Of a stretch of 64,000 nt of DNA, positions 1 through 10,200 are shown piece by piece. How positions within the stretch are numbered: position 1 is the first letter of the stretch; every line of letters starts with the position of its first letter. The notes below the pieces were generated by a model. That model did no database searches. It was not told where the DNA came from and saw only the letters and a list, made by a program, of their open reading frames with translations. Location of the stretch: contig JAUYOL010000015.1 of NCBI GenBank assembly GCA_030695905.1, positions 8,518 through 72,517 on the forward strand, in the 5' to 3' direction. Both the position numbers and the translations under genes were made by a program. The DNA is from Candidatus Omnitrophota bacterium. Its GTDB lineage: Bacteria; Omnitrophota; Gorgyraeia; 2-01-FULL-45-10.

Positions 1-210
1 ATAGCGCTTGCTTTCGCCGGGTTGCTCTACCATTTAAGCGGGGTGATTTTGGGCAATGCGCCGCACATGATCCCGATACGCCGGGAGCCGTTAAGTTTAA
101 AGATAGCGCTGTCATTTTTAGGTATCTTTATATTAGGGTTCGGGTTAAAGATCCCGCAGATACTTCTGAACCTGCTTGTAAATTGTCAGCAGCTTATTTT
201 AGGTAGTTAA
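1..210 (+). CDS. 3' end of an upstream gene (partial). Hydrophobic C-terminus, probably a membrane subunit of the same respiratory/hydrogenase-like module.
   Basis: The ORF runs in from the window edge and ends with TAA at 208-210, directly before the ATG at 211. The translation is strongly hydrophobic (..LSFLGIFILGFGL..). Confidence 0.3.
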   Translation: MALAFAGLLYHLSGVILGNAPHMIPIRREPLSLKIALSFLGIFILGFGLKIPQILLNLLVNCQQLILGS

Positions 211-1794
211 ATGGATAATCGTGATTATATAAAAAACATTCTGGATTCTGAAAAGATCGGCTTAGTTGATATATCTCAACCGCATAAGGATGAATTATAT
301 GTCGCCGTGGGCAGCGCCGATTTTCTCAAGGCATGCAATCTGCTGCACAAGCATCTCGACTCTCCGGTGATGATGTTTTTCGCCGAAGATCTACGGCGCC
401 TGTCCGGGAAATTTATTCTTTATTGCGCTTTTTTAAGTGTAAACAAACATTTATGGGTATTCGTTAAGCAGGAAATCCCGCAGGGCAAGACAATATTTGA
501 TTCTATCGCGAAAAATATATATTCCGCCAGTCTTTTTGAGCGCGAGATCAAGGAGATGTTCGGCATAGAGCCTGTAGGTAATCCGGATCCGCGAAGGCTT
601 AAGCTTCACGACGAGGTCTGGCCGGAAGGGAATTACCCCTTACGCAAAGATTTTATCCTGCGACGTGACGCTGCCCAAAAGACCGCGCAATATCAGTTTA
701 AGCGCGTTGAAGGCGAGGGAGTTTTTGAGGTTCCTGTCGGCCCTGTTCACGCCGGTATCATCGGCCCGGGCCATTTCAGATTTAGTGTAGCGGGGGAGCC
801 CATAATAAATTTAGAAACACGCCTTGGCTGGACACATAGAGGCGCGGAGAAGATACTCGAAGGAAAAAGCATTTCAGAAGCTGTAAATATCATAGAATGT
901 ATAAGCGGTGATACCGCGTTTGGATACAGCCTTGCTTTTTGTCAGAGTGCGGAGAAGATACTCGGTCTCAATATTCCGGACCGCTCGCAACTTCTGCGTG
1001 TATTGTATTTGGAACTGGAACGTATTTATAACCATGCCAACGATATAGGCGGCATCGCTTTAGATGTAAGCTTCAGCTTTCCCGCGCAATTCGCGAGCCT
1101 GATCAAAGAAGCCATATTACAACTTAATGACAGTTTAACGGGTTCCAGGTATCTTAAAGGCGTTAATGTTGTAGGCGGTATCGATAAAGATATTGACAAG
1201 GCCAAGTCAGGGCTTATTTGTGAAACGCTTGTAAAAATTCAAAAAGATTTTTTGGCGCTCGAAGAAATGCTTTTTTCCAGCGTCTCTTTTATGGACCGTG
1301 TTGATACAACAGGTATTTTACGCACTAAAACAGCCCGCGATCTCGGTATAACAGGGCCGGCGGCAAGAGCCAGCGGCATAGCGCATGATCTAAGAGGTAT
1401 TTTTCCGGGTATATATAACGATCTTTCTTTTAAGATATCAAAAGAGCTGTCGGGCGATGTGAAGGCCCGTCTCAAAATAAGATTCTCTGAAATAGAAGAA
1501 TCTATCAATCTTATACGATTGTGTCTGAAAAAGCTTGAGGGTTGCGCTTCCCAGGCCAAAGTTGCCGCGCAGGCAAAAGAGGGCATGGCATTAGGTTATG
1601 TAGAAGCCTGGCGCGGCGGTGTATTGATATGGACCAGGTTAAATGGAGAAGGAAAAATAGAACGATGCAAAATAGTAGATCCGTCTTTTCATAATTGGGA
1701 AGGCCTGTCTTTTGCCGTGCTCGGCAATATTATACCTGATTTTCCTTTGTGTAACAAAAGCTTTGACCTGTCATATTCGGGAAATGATCTATGA
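211..1794 (+). CDS. NuoC/NuoD-fused large-subunit-like protein of a group-4-hydrogenase-related (Ehr/Ech/Hyf-like) complex. The NiFe-binding cysteine pairs appear absent.
   Basis: The N-terminal third resembles NuoC (30 kDa). It is followed by PVGPVHAGIIGPGHFRF...RLGWTHRGAEK, typical of HycE/EchE/NuoD. At the positions of the L1 (RxCGxC) and L2 (DPCxxC) motifs it has ..IECISGDTAFGY.. and ..VDPSFHNW.. 527 aa. Confidence 0.8.
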   Translation: MDNRDYIKNILDSEKIGLVDISQPHKDELYVAVGSADFLKACNLLHKHLDSPVMMFFAEDLRRLSGKFILYCAFLSVNKHLWVFVKQEIPQGKTIFDSIAKNIYSASLFEREIKEMFGIEPVGNPDPRRLKLHDEVWPEGNYPLRKDFILRRDAAQKTAQYQFKRVEGEGVFEVPVGPVHAGIIGPGHFRFSVAGEPIINLETRLGWTHRGAEKILEGKSISEAVNIIECISGDTAFGYSLAFCQSAEKILGLNIPDRSQLLRVLYLELERIYNHANDIGGIALDVSFSFPAQFASLIKEAILQLNDSLTGSRYLKGVNVVGGIDKDIDKAKSGLICETLVKIQKDFLALEEMLFSSVSFMDRVDTTGILRTKTARDLGITGPAARASGIAHDLRGIFPGIYNDLSFKISKELSGDVKARLKIRFSEIEESINLIRLCLKKLEGCASQAKVAAQAKEGMALGYVEAWRGGVLIWTRLNGEGKIERCKIVDPSFHNWEGLSFAVLGNIIPDFPLCNKSFDLSYSGNDL

Positions 1795-2312
1795 ACCATT
1801 ATATTTTTAAAAATAGCCTAAGAAAGGGTAGAGTCACCATAAAACTCGATACAAAAAGTGTCCGCCCACCGACGGAGATTGAGTCTATGGGGCAAGAGCT
1901 TAAGAAGGCCATTCGCGCGAGATTCGGCAGGTCATTTCATATCCGTGAAGTGGATACCGGCTCCTGCGGCGGTTGTGAATCCGAGATAATAGCATGTTCC
2001 AACCCGCTATATGACATTCAGCGTTTTGGTATAGATTTTGTAGCCTCTCCCCGGCATGCCGACGCGCTTTTGGTTACCGGCCCTGTATCTAAAAATATGG
2101 AACTTGCGCTGAAAAAGACTTATCAGGCTATGCCCGAGCCTAAATTTGTAATTACTTTAGGAGACTGCGCAAAGGGCGCGGGCCCGTTTAAAGATTCTTA
2201 TTACACCTGCTCGGGCGCGCAGAATGTTCTACCTGTTACCATGCACATCCCGGGTTGCCCGCCAAACCCGACGACGATAATACAAACGTTACTGGTATTT
2301 CTACAAAGATAA
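1791..2312 (+). CDS. NuoB/hydrogenase small-subunit-like protein (proximal 4Fe-4S cluster subunit).
   Basis: Four conserved Cys in the HycG/NuoB pattern: GSCGGCESE, GDCAKG, PGCPPNP. Its start overlaps the stop of the large subunit (ATGA). Confidence 0.8.
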   Translation: MNHYIFKNSLRKGRVTIKLDTKSVRPPTEIESMGQELKKAIRARFGRSFHIREVDTGSCGGCESEIIACSNPLYDIQRFGIDFVASPRHADALLVTGPVSKNMELALKKTYQAMPEPKFVITLGDCAKGAGPFKDSYYTCSGAQNVLPVTMHIPGCPPNPTTIIQTLLVFLQR

Positions 2313-2350
2313 AAGCCTGGCTAAAAAAGCTCACCATAACCGCATATTTG

Positions 2351-2359
2351 TGATATAAT
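2351..2359 (+). promoter_or_regulatory. Putative extended -10 promoter element (TGaTATAAT) for the helicase gene.
   Basis: The sequence tgatataat lies about 20 nt upstream of the RBS gggaag and the ATG at 2379. No good -35 is present, which is common with an extended -10. Confidence 0.3.
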
Positions 2360-2378
2360 CTTACAAAAAGGGAAGATA

Positions 2379-3644
2379 ATGATAAAACATAATGGCAGCA
2401 ACCAGCAGAATGCTCCACTTGAGCCGGAGCAGGGATTTTTCGGGCTCGGCATAGCTCCAAAGATACTTGAGATACTTGAGCGCATTAAATTTAAGACACC
2501 TACCCCTATTCAGCGCAAAGCCATACCGCTCGCTATTGAGGGGAAGGATGTTATAGGTATTGCCCAGACGGGGACCGGCAAGACGCACGCGTTCGCTATA
2601 CCTATAATTCAGCAGTTAGCGAAAAAAGACGGCCTTGCGATAGTGCTTGCTCCCACGCGTGAACTCGCGCTGCAGATCGAAGAAGCCATACGTCCATTGG
2701 CGCAAGCCTTTGGGATGAGGACGGCTTGTCTCATAGGCGGGACTCCCATGCGTCCGCAAGAAGAGGCCCTGCGCAGGCGCCCGCATATCATAATAGCCAC
2801 CCCCGGGCGTTTTATCGACCATATGGAAAATAGAAATATTATGCTTATCAGGGCCGGCATGCTCGTTTTAGATGAAGCCGACCGCATGCTCGACATGGGA
2901 TTTGCTCCCCAAGTGGAGAGGATACTAAAAGGATTAACGCGCGAACGCCAAACGATGCTATTTTCGGCTACCATGCCGGCGGCGATAATGCGGATGATAA
3001 ATACTTATATGAAGCTTCCCGTGCATGTTGAGATCGCTCCATCAGGCACGACCGCCGAAGGCATAACGCAGGAGCTTTACATTGTAAAGCGTGAGGCAAA
3101 GCTGAGCCTTTTGCGCAAGATATTGGCGCAGCATAACGGTTCGGTGCTTCTTTTTTCGCGGACAAAACATAATGCGAAAAAGATCGCCAGGTCTATACGC
3201 GAAATGGGCCACCGGGCTACGGAGATCCATTCGAATAAGTCGATGTCACAAAGGCGTGAAGCGCTGGACGGGTTTAAGTCCGGCCGTTATCGCATACTCG
3301 TAGCTACCGATATCGCCTCAAGGGGCATAGATGTGACAAAGATAGAGATAGTAATAAATTATGATCTTCCGGAGGATGTGGAAAATTATGTGCACCGCAT
3401 AGGCCGTACCGGGAGAGCCGGGTGCAAGGGGCACGCCATCTCTTTTGCCACGCCGGATCAGAGTAGTGACGTAAAAAATATCGAGAAACTCATTAAGAAA
3501 CAGCTGCCGATAGCGAAACATCCTGAAATTCCGTCGGAGGAATTTGACAAGAATCAGAGGCCGCCTGTAAGCGCCGCGCATCACCGAGGCGCAGGGTTCG
3601 GGCATCGCTACAGGCCCAGGCCGGGGCATTTTTCTAGGAGATAA
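2379..3644 (+). CDS. DEAD-box ATP-dependent RNA helicase with a C-terminal RG-rich tail.
   Basis: Q-motif, Walker A AQTGTGKT, DEAD box (VLDEADRM), SAT, the HRIGRTGRAG motif VI, and an RG/HR-rich C-terminus. Confidence 0.9.
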   Translation: MIKHNGSNQQNAPLEPEQGFFGLGIAPKILEILERIKFKTPTPIQRKAIPLAIEGKDVIGIAQTGTGKTHAFAIPIIQQLAKKDGLAIVLAPTRELALQIEEAIRPLAQAFGMRTACLIGGTPMRPQEEALRRRPHIIIATPGRFIDHMENRNIMLIRAGMLVLDEADRMLDMGFAPQVERILKGLTRERQTMLFSATMPAAIMRMINTYMKLPVHVEIAPSGTTAEGITQELYIVKREAKLSLLRKILAQHNGSVLLFSRTKHNAKKIARSIREMGHRATEIHSNKSMSQRREALDGFKSGRYRILVATDIASRGIDVTKIEIVINYDLPEDVENYVHRIGRTGRAGCKGHAISFATPDQSSDVKNIEKLIKKQLPIAKHPEIPSEEFDKNQRPPVSAAHHRGAGFGHRYRPRPGHFSRR

Positions 3645-3678
3645 CCTATTAAAGGAAAGTAGAAAGGAGGGCGTAAAG

Positions 3679-4089
3679 ATGCGTGGAGTAAGGGTTTTAT
3701 TTTTTATAACAGTGGTTGGTTTTTTATGCCTTATCTGTAATTGGGCAAGCGCGGAAGATACAGTAGTTGCCGAGCATAAAGCCCAGGTCAGAGCGGATAA
3801 AGAAGCCATTAAAGAGCAGATCCAGGAAATAAAAGAAGATGCCCAGGCTGCCAGGGCCGAAGAAAAGCAGATAAGGGAACAGATGCGTCAGGCGCTTATA
3901 GCGGGCGATAAAGAAAAAGCGGCGCAGTTAAGAGAGCAGTTAAAGGCAACGCATGCCGAAAATGTTAAAGAGATGCGGATGGACAAGAAAGAATTAAGAG
4001 AAAATAAAAAAGACCTTCGGCAGGACATGAAAAAGCCGTTTAATCCTCCAGGCCCTCGGGGCGGCCCGGGAAGAGGCCCTAAGAAATAA
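3679..4089 (+). CDS. Small secreted K/E/Q-rich coiled-coil protein, possibly a Spy/CpxP/ZraP-like periplasmic protein.
   Basis: An N-terminal signal peptide (VVGFLCLICNWASA), then a highly charged helical repeat region (..AQLREQLKATHAENVKEMRMDKKELRENKKDLRQDMKK) and a PG-rich tail. A strong RBS aggagg lies upstream. Confidence 0.4.
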   Translation: MRGVRVLFFITVVGFLCLICNWASAEDTVVAEHKAQVRADKEAIKEQIQEIKEDAQAARAEEKQIREQMRQALIAGDKEKAAQLREQLKATHAENVKEMRMDKKELRENKKDLRQDMKKPFNPPGPRGGPGRGPKK

Positions 4090-4131
4090 CATATTATACT
4101 TTAGGTTCACCGATAATATTGTGACAATATA

Positions 4132-4169
4132 GCGGTTACAGCTGTGATTAGGCTGTAACCGCTTTTGTT
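4132..4169 (+). terminator. Rho-independent terminator after the small secreted protein gene.
   Basis: A perfect 11-bp stem, gcggttacagc (4132-4142) paired with gctgtaaccgc (4152-4162), a 9-nt loop, then TTTTGTT. Confidence 0.6.
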
Positions 4170-4290
4170 ACCGAATTCTTGTTAAGAAATGAAAAAACAT
4201 GCTTGTAATTTTTCCTGTTTTATGCTATTTTCTTATCCCTGTAATATTAGGTCGCACTAATCCAAAGTTAAACCAGAAGGAGTAGTTTTA

Positions 4291-7200
4291 ATGCGTAGAT
4301 TATTATTAATCGCAGCGGCACTCGTATCAGTGCTTACATCAAATGTTCAAGCATCGGATAACCAGCCATCATTCAGCATTATAGACGCGAAAGAGAAAGG
4401 CATATTCAATATAGGCCCAGCTGTCGGTGATGTTGTATCCAAGCAGGAAGAATCGGCCAAAAAAGAAGTTCTCGTATTGGATTATTCTATATTCAAGGGG
4501 GCCATAATAGGTGTTTGGACAAAGGGCTTTCCGAAAGGGATTAATCAAGAGGCGGTTGACGCTGTTAAGGTAGGGCTGAAGGTTCAAAATGACGAGTACT
4601 TAGATACAATTTCTGTAAAGCTTGAGATAAAAGGGTCGAAGGACGTGCAATCGGTTCCGCTGCGCCTGAAGAAAGGGTGGAACTATGTAAAGGAAACGAT
4701 AAACTGGAACACCATAGGCGATCTTAAAGAAGTAGTCTTTGTCGTAAGTCCTGTGACTATTAATCCTACCGGAGGCGATCCCATGTGGTGGTTCAGCACA
4801 CAGGAGGCTCCCACCGCAAAGAGCAATGGCAAGACCGACGGCATGCTTTATATAGACCTGGATTTTTACAAACTTACATTCCTGCAAAAATATTTCACCT
4901 TCATAAAATATGGGCTTGTTCTCATCTTAGGCCTTATCCTTGGCCTTGTCACATTGATATTTAGTGAATTGTTCGGCAAAAAACATAAGGCTGGTTCGGT
5001 TAAAAGGGCAGTGCCGACCGCTGGTTTCACACTTTCGAGTATTAAGCGCGATCTATTATATGGCATAGCCGCGGTTTCCATCATAGGCATATCTATGGCT
5101 GCGTTTTCCGTAGGATCTGCCCGCCTTCTGGATTCCGGTATAAGATTTGAGTTTCTGGCCATAGGATTGGCGGGCGCAGTTATCACATGGGTCATAAAAA
5201 GGGGTTTGACCGGAAAGAATCTTACGGCTGTAGAAGTTTTTCAGGATATTGTACTGACAGGAATACTCGCCGCCGCGTCGAGCAGACAGGCTGTCCTGCA
5301 GGCGCCTTCCAGCTGGGCTGATATATTAGTGTTCAGCAATCTAATAGCCGGTATAACACTTCTTATATATCACGTAGCCAATCTTTGCTCTATATCATCT
5401 TCCGGCAGGCACCTGAAATTTGTCACAGGGCTGCTGATAGCGATAACGCCGTATCTATTCAATTGGCTGTTATTATTGGAAAACGTCAGCATACCCCATA
5501 TGTTGGGCAATCTGCTTACATTTAATCTGCTTTCCGCCTGGCCGGCGATCTCCGGCATTATGGGCCGTGTCGTTATCGTGTTTATCTTTAACGAAGTTGT
5601 CACAAACATGATAAGTATCGCCATAGACGGCAAAGCGCTCAAGACTTTAAAAGCGCATCTCTTCACATTCTTTGTTTCACTGGCCATCTCTGTATCCCCC
5701 GATATCGCGGACCTTGGCTCAACTAAGATCATAGCGTCTTTGCCGGTGTTGTTAAGGGCGATCGCCTCTATCATCACAACTATGCTCTCTTATGCCGGTC
5801 TCTGGGGTGAGGTATATCTTATTACAGGAATGATATTGGATGGGATAAAGCGTGTCGCGCCTTCGCGTGAGGCCGTGTCCAAGAATATTATTACAGGTAT
5901 GCGCAAAGGTATGGCGTACAGCGGAATTTTAGTAGCATTCATGTACGCCCTTAAGATGCTGTTAGACGCGAATACTGTCCAGTCTATCGCGAAGAGCTTT
6001 CCTGTCATAGTAGGTATAGCGGTGGGAGCGGCGGTATTCCCGCTTCTAAAGACGATAATCGAGACCTTTGACGGAAGCCTGCCGTTTTTCCAGAGGATGC
6101 GATATAGTTATCGCGATGGAACACTTTATGCCAGGGGCGCTGTCGCCGGATTTGGGTTTGCCTACATGGTCACTCAAGGTTTTATTCAAAAGACCATGTC
6201 CGAGAGGATTTTATTTGGTACGACAACCGGCCTTATCGCGTCGGGCGGTATAAGCATTTTAAGGGACATATTTTACGCGATAAAACATCAAGGTAAAATT
6301 CAGTCGTGGAGGCTGTATTTTACGGACTCTATATTTGGCGCTTTTGCCGGGAGCGCTTTGGCGTTTTATATAGACGCTCTGCAGGTGCCGGTTGTTATAG
6401 AGAAGTTCAAGCTGTATATGAGTTCCGGGTTGCCTCCGGCCGATTACGTGACGTATCCGCTGATCAATAAATGGGGCCGTGTCAATCTTGGGACATACTC
6501 CGGCGGGCCGAAGCTTCTTTTTATAGAGTCTTTAGCCGGTGTAATAAATTGGTCTATAGCCGCGTGGTTGTTCGCGGTGAACAAGGTATTCATGCAGGCG
6601 TTTTTTGACAAAGATAAGACGCCGATAAAGTTTTTCTTCTCAAAAGCAGGGTTCGCGCAGCTTATGGAGCATATGCTCTATGTATTGAGATGGGGCCTGT
6701 GGATGTCGCCGATAATCTTTACATTCCTGCGCATGATGCCCAACCCTACATGGTATAACCAGGACGGCGCTATCAGGACAGCAGTCGCTATCTACAATAA
6801 TATTACGATGTCACCCGAGACATTTAACGCGTGGAGCCTCAAAGTATTCGTGTATGTTCTCGCTTTTGACATCTTCCGCGTTCTTATATGGATGGATCAT
6901 ATGGGATTACGTGTCGCAACGCTCGTCAACCTAAGCTTCATAGGCATGGATAAGCTGGACGAAAAAGTGTCCCGCTTTATCGGTCCGGCCGCGGCGCAAA
7001 GATACATACCCGAGGGGATCAAGAGGTTCGCTACATGGGCGCCGCTTTTAATACCTTTCTATCTTCCGCGCGGCCAGGATTGGGATTACGCCTGGAGCAC
7101 GGCGGAGGGCATACAGAGCGCTTCCAAAGACGCCGGCTTGGTGGCTAATATAAATTCTCTTGGGTTACCCGAAAAGATAACTCTTATATTCGCGGCTATA

Positions 7201-10200
7201 GCGTTATTTACTATACTATCCTTCGTCGGGCGTTTGTGGGGAAAGCGTATCAAGGAGCGCAAAGATAGAAATTATGAACTGACTAATGGAGAGTATAAAG
7301 TTACCGTCAAGGATACGGGCGAGGTCTTCAGCGAGTCCATATACAAGGAGCATGATGTGAGCCGCCGCTCTTACGATATTATAGATCCATGCGGAAGAAT
7401 TCTTTATCTTGTCGACGCTTCCGAATCCTCCGACAGTAAAAAACGTTATTGGCCCGTAGTCGGTAATTTTCCAAAGAAGCAGTTCGAACCTTCCAAAATT
7501 CAGAAGAATGAAGATTCGATAGAGTTTGTTAACGTTGCCAACGGCGTGAGCGCGTCTGTTAACATAACCATTCCGGATCCGGATGATATGGCGGAGATGT
7601 GGGCCATAAAACTTGAAAATACGACAGATAAGAAAAGAGAGCTTAAGGTCGTTCCATATTTAGAATGGGTGCTCAATAGAGCGCTCGATGACAGATTCCA
7701 TACGCAATACCAGAGGCTATATCCCGAAATGGAATACTTGAGCGAATTAAATACCATGCTTTCATGGCAGAAGAGCACAAAGGCGATGGGTATTCTGGCC
7801 AGCGATATCCCGGCACAGGGGATCCTTTCCTCGCGCGTAGATTTTATCGGCCGCGCGCAGAGCATATGGTCTCCGAGAGCGTTGGAGACCCTTAAATTTT
7901 TACCTGCCGGCGATACAGCCTCACACCCGACTTTCGATCCTATAGGGAGTCTGCTATTAGGTGTGTCGCTTGAGCCAAACTCATCGAAGACCTTTAATAT
8001 ATTGATAGGGTACTCGAAGAATAAGAAGGCAGCTTTAGAGCTTATAAATAAACACTTAAAGCCCAAAGGGATAAAGAAGCCGGCGGTGGAGAAAAAATCT
8101 CCTTTTATCGGTCATGGAGAAATTCCGGCGGGTACTCCTAAGCCATATTTTAGATATGAGGATAACGGTAATAAACTTATCGTGAATACTCCCTACACTC
8201 CGCGTCCTTATGACCATGCGTTATCGAACGCGATACATTCGGTAATGGTCACAAACCGTGGCCTTCATACATCGTGCAATGGTAATTCACAGCAGAACAG
8301 GTTGACTCCTGATTGGCCGGACATAGCGACGAAAGAGATACCGACGGAAGCCATATATCTCTATGATGAGAATAACGGCAGTTGGTATTCGCCCACGTAT
8401 CATCCTTTGAATGACAAGAACGCTAAATATGAATCCGAATTCGGCACAGACGGGACGGCGGTGTTTAGAATGTTACGCCAGGCGGTCTCCACAGAATTAA
8501 AAGTCTTCGTTCCGCATGACGATCCGCTGGGTGTTTATCTGTTAAAGATAAATAATAATTCCGATAAGCCGTTAAAGATGCGCGTCGCCCCATATTTCGA
8601 GATGACGCTTGCGTTCCAGCCCGAAAGATCAGGGCCTCTGCAGGCCAAGCGCGATAAAGTTTCCGGAGCGCTTTTATATGAAAACCCGCGCAATATTTTT
8701 AGATCGGGATGGGCATTCGCTTCTATGTCGTTGCCGTCACAGAAATTCGAGACGCGCCGCGGCAGATTTTTTGGAAACGGCCGAGGAGTCACAAACCCTT
8801 ACATGGTAGAAAAAGGAGAATCGGATAAGACGCAGTTTACCGACGACAGGGCAATCGCTTCCTTTATCGGCACAGTCGAGATCCCCGCCGGACAAGAGCG
8901 CGAGATAGCCGTTATATTGGGGCAGACAGATACCAAGAAAGATGCTCTTTCCCTCGCGCGCAAATATAACGATATAGGGTTGGTCAAAAAAGCGCTGGAT
9001 GATACACGCAACTGGTGGATGAAGCTCATGGGTACGCTTTCTGTCCAGACCAATAAGCCGGAATTCGATTATTATCAAAACTGGCTTAAGTATCAGGCGC
9101 TCGCGGAACGTATATGGGCAAGGCGCGGGTTCTATCAGACGAGCGGCGCGTACGGATTCAGGGACCAGCTTCAGGACACAGTGAACCTTATATGGATAGA
9201 CCCTGCTTTGGCGCGTAAACAGCTGATATTGCACGCGTCCCAGCAGTTTATAGAAGGCGATGTATTCCATTGGTTCTTTACGTTAACGGACGGCAGAACT
9301 TCGTTTTCCTGCAGATCTCACGCTTCGGATAACCCCGTCTGGCTTGCATGGGGCATCGTGGAATATATAAGAGCCACCGGCGATCATTCAATACTCGATG
9401 AGATGACTTCATATGTGGTATCGGAATTTCCTTTTGCGCCGCTTCCGAAAAACAAGCAGGGGTGGGGCCATATGTATCATCGTTCGACGCGCTCCGATAC
9501 CGTTTATAAACACTGCATGAGGTCCATAGACCTGATATTAAAGAAGCGTTCAGGGAAGCACGGGCTCCCGCTGATGGGAGTAGGCGACTGGAACGACGGA
9601 TTGGACGAGATAGGCAGTGAGGGCAAAGGCGAAAGTATATGGCTCGGCTTCTTCCTGTACTATATCTTGAAGGGAATGGTAGATATTATAGAGATGAAGG
9701 ACGGGCCGTCGCGTAAAGAATATTACGTGAAGAGAATGGCAAAACTCAAATCCGCGCTTGAAGACACATGGAGAGGCGACAGGTATCTGCGCGCCTTCCA
9801 CGACAATGGCATGGAGATAGGCGTAAAAGACAGCGGAATATGGGAGATAGACGCGCTTACCGCGTCGTGGGCCGTTATAGCGGGCATGGACTTTGACAGA
9901 TGCGTGACGATATTCTCCACCGCGCTGCAGGTGCTCGAAAAGGATAACGCGATATTGCTCGGTTGGCCGGCGCTACGCGAAGACTCGAAGCCTTATTTAG
10001 GCAGATCCAGCAAGTATCCGGAAGGCGTGCGCGAAAACGGTATGTATTGCCATGGCGTCCAGTGGCTTATCAGGGCCGCGCGTATCATCGCAGAAGAGTT
10101 CGATAAAAAAGGCAATCAGGATAAAGCCGGTGAATATAGGGCGACCGCTTACAGATTATGGCTTAAGGTTTCAGCTATATGGCATATGACGGAAAAAGAG

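Noticed and set aside
22-211. A possible translational fusion or read-through between the upstream hydrophobic ORF (ending with TAA at 208-210) and the NuoCD-like gene in the same frame.
   Set aside because: A stop followed directly by an ATG is ordinary translational coupling. The upstream part is a membrane segment and the downstream part a soluble NuoC-like start. There is no recoding signal.
4170-4290. Promoter for the giant gene (TTGTAA / TATGCT / TAATAT candidates).
   Set aside because: No hexamer pair with acceptable 16-18-bp spacing could be found. A promoter is likely present in this 120-bp AT-rich gap but cannot be placed.
6068-6253. 61-aa plus-strand ORF and similar short same-strand ORFs in alternative frames of the giant gene.
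   Set aside because: They are embedded in the continuous 2047-aa reading frame with consistent hydrophobic periodicity. They are alternative-frame artefacts.
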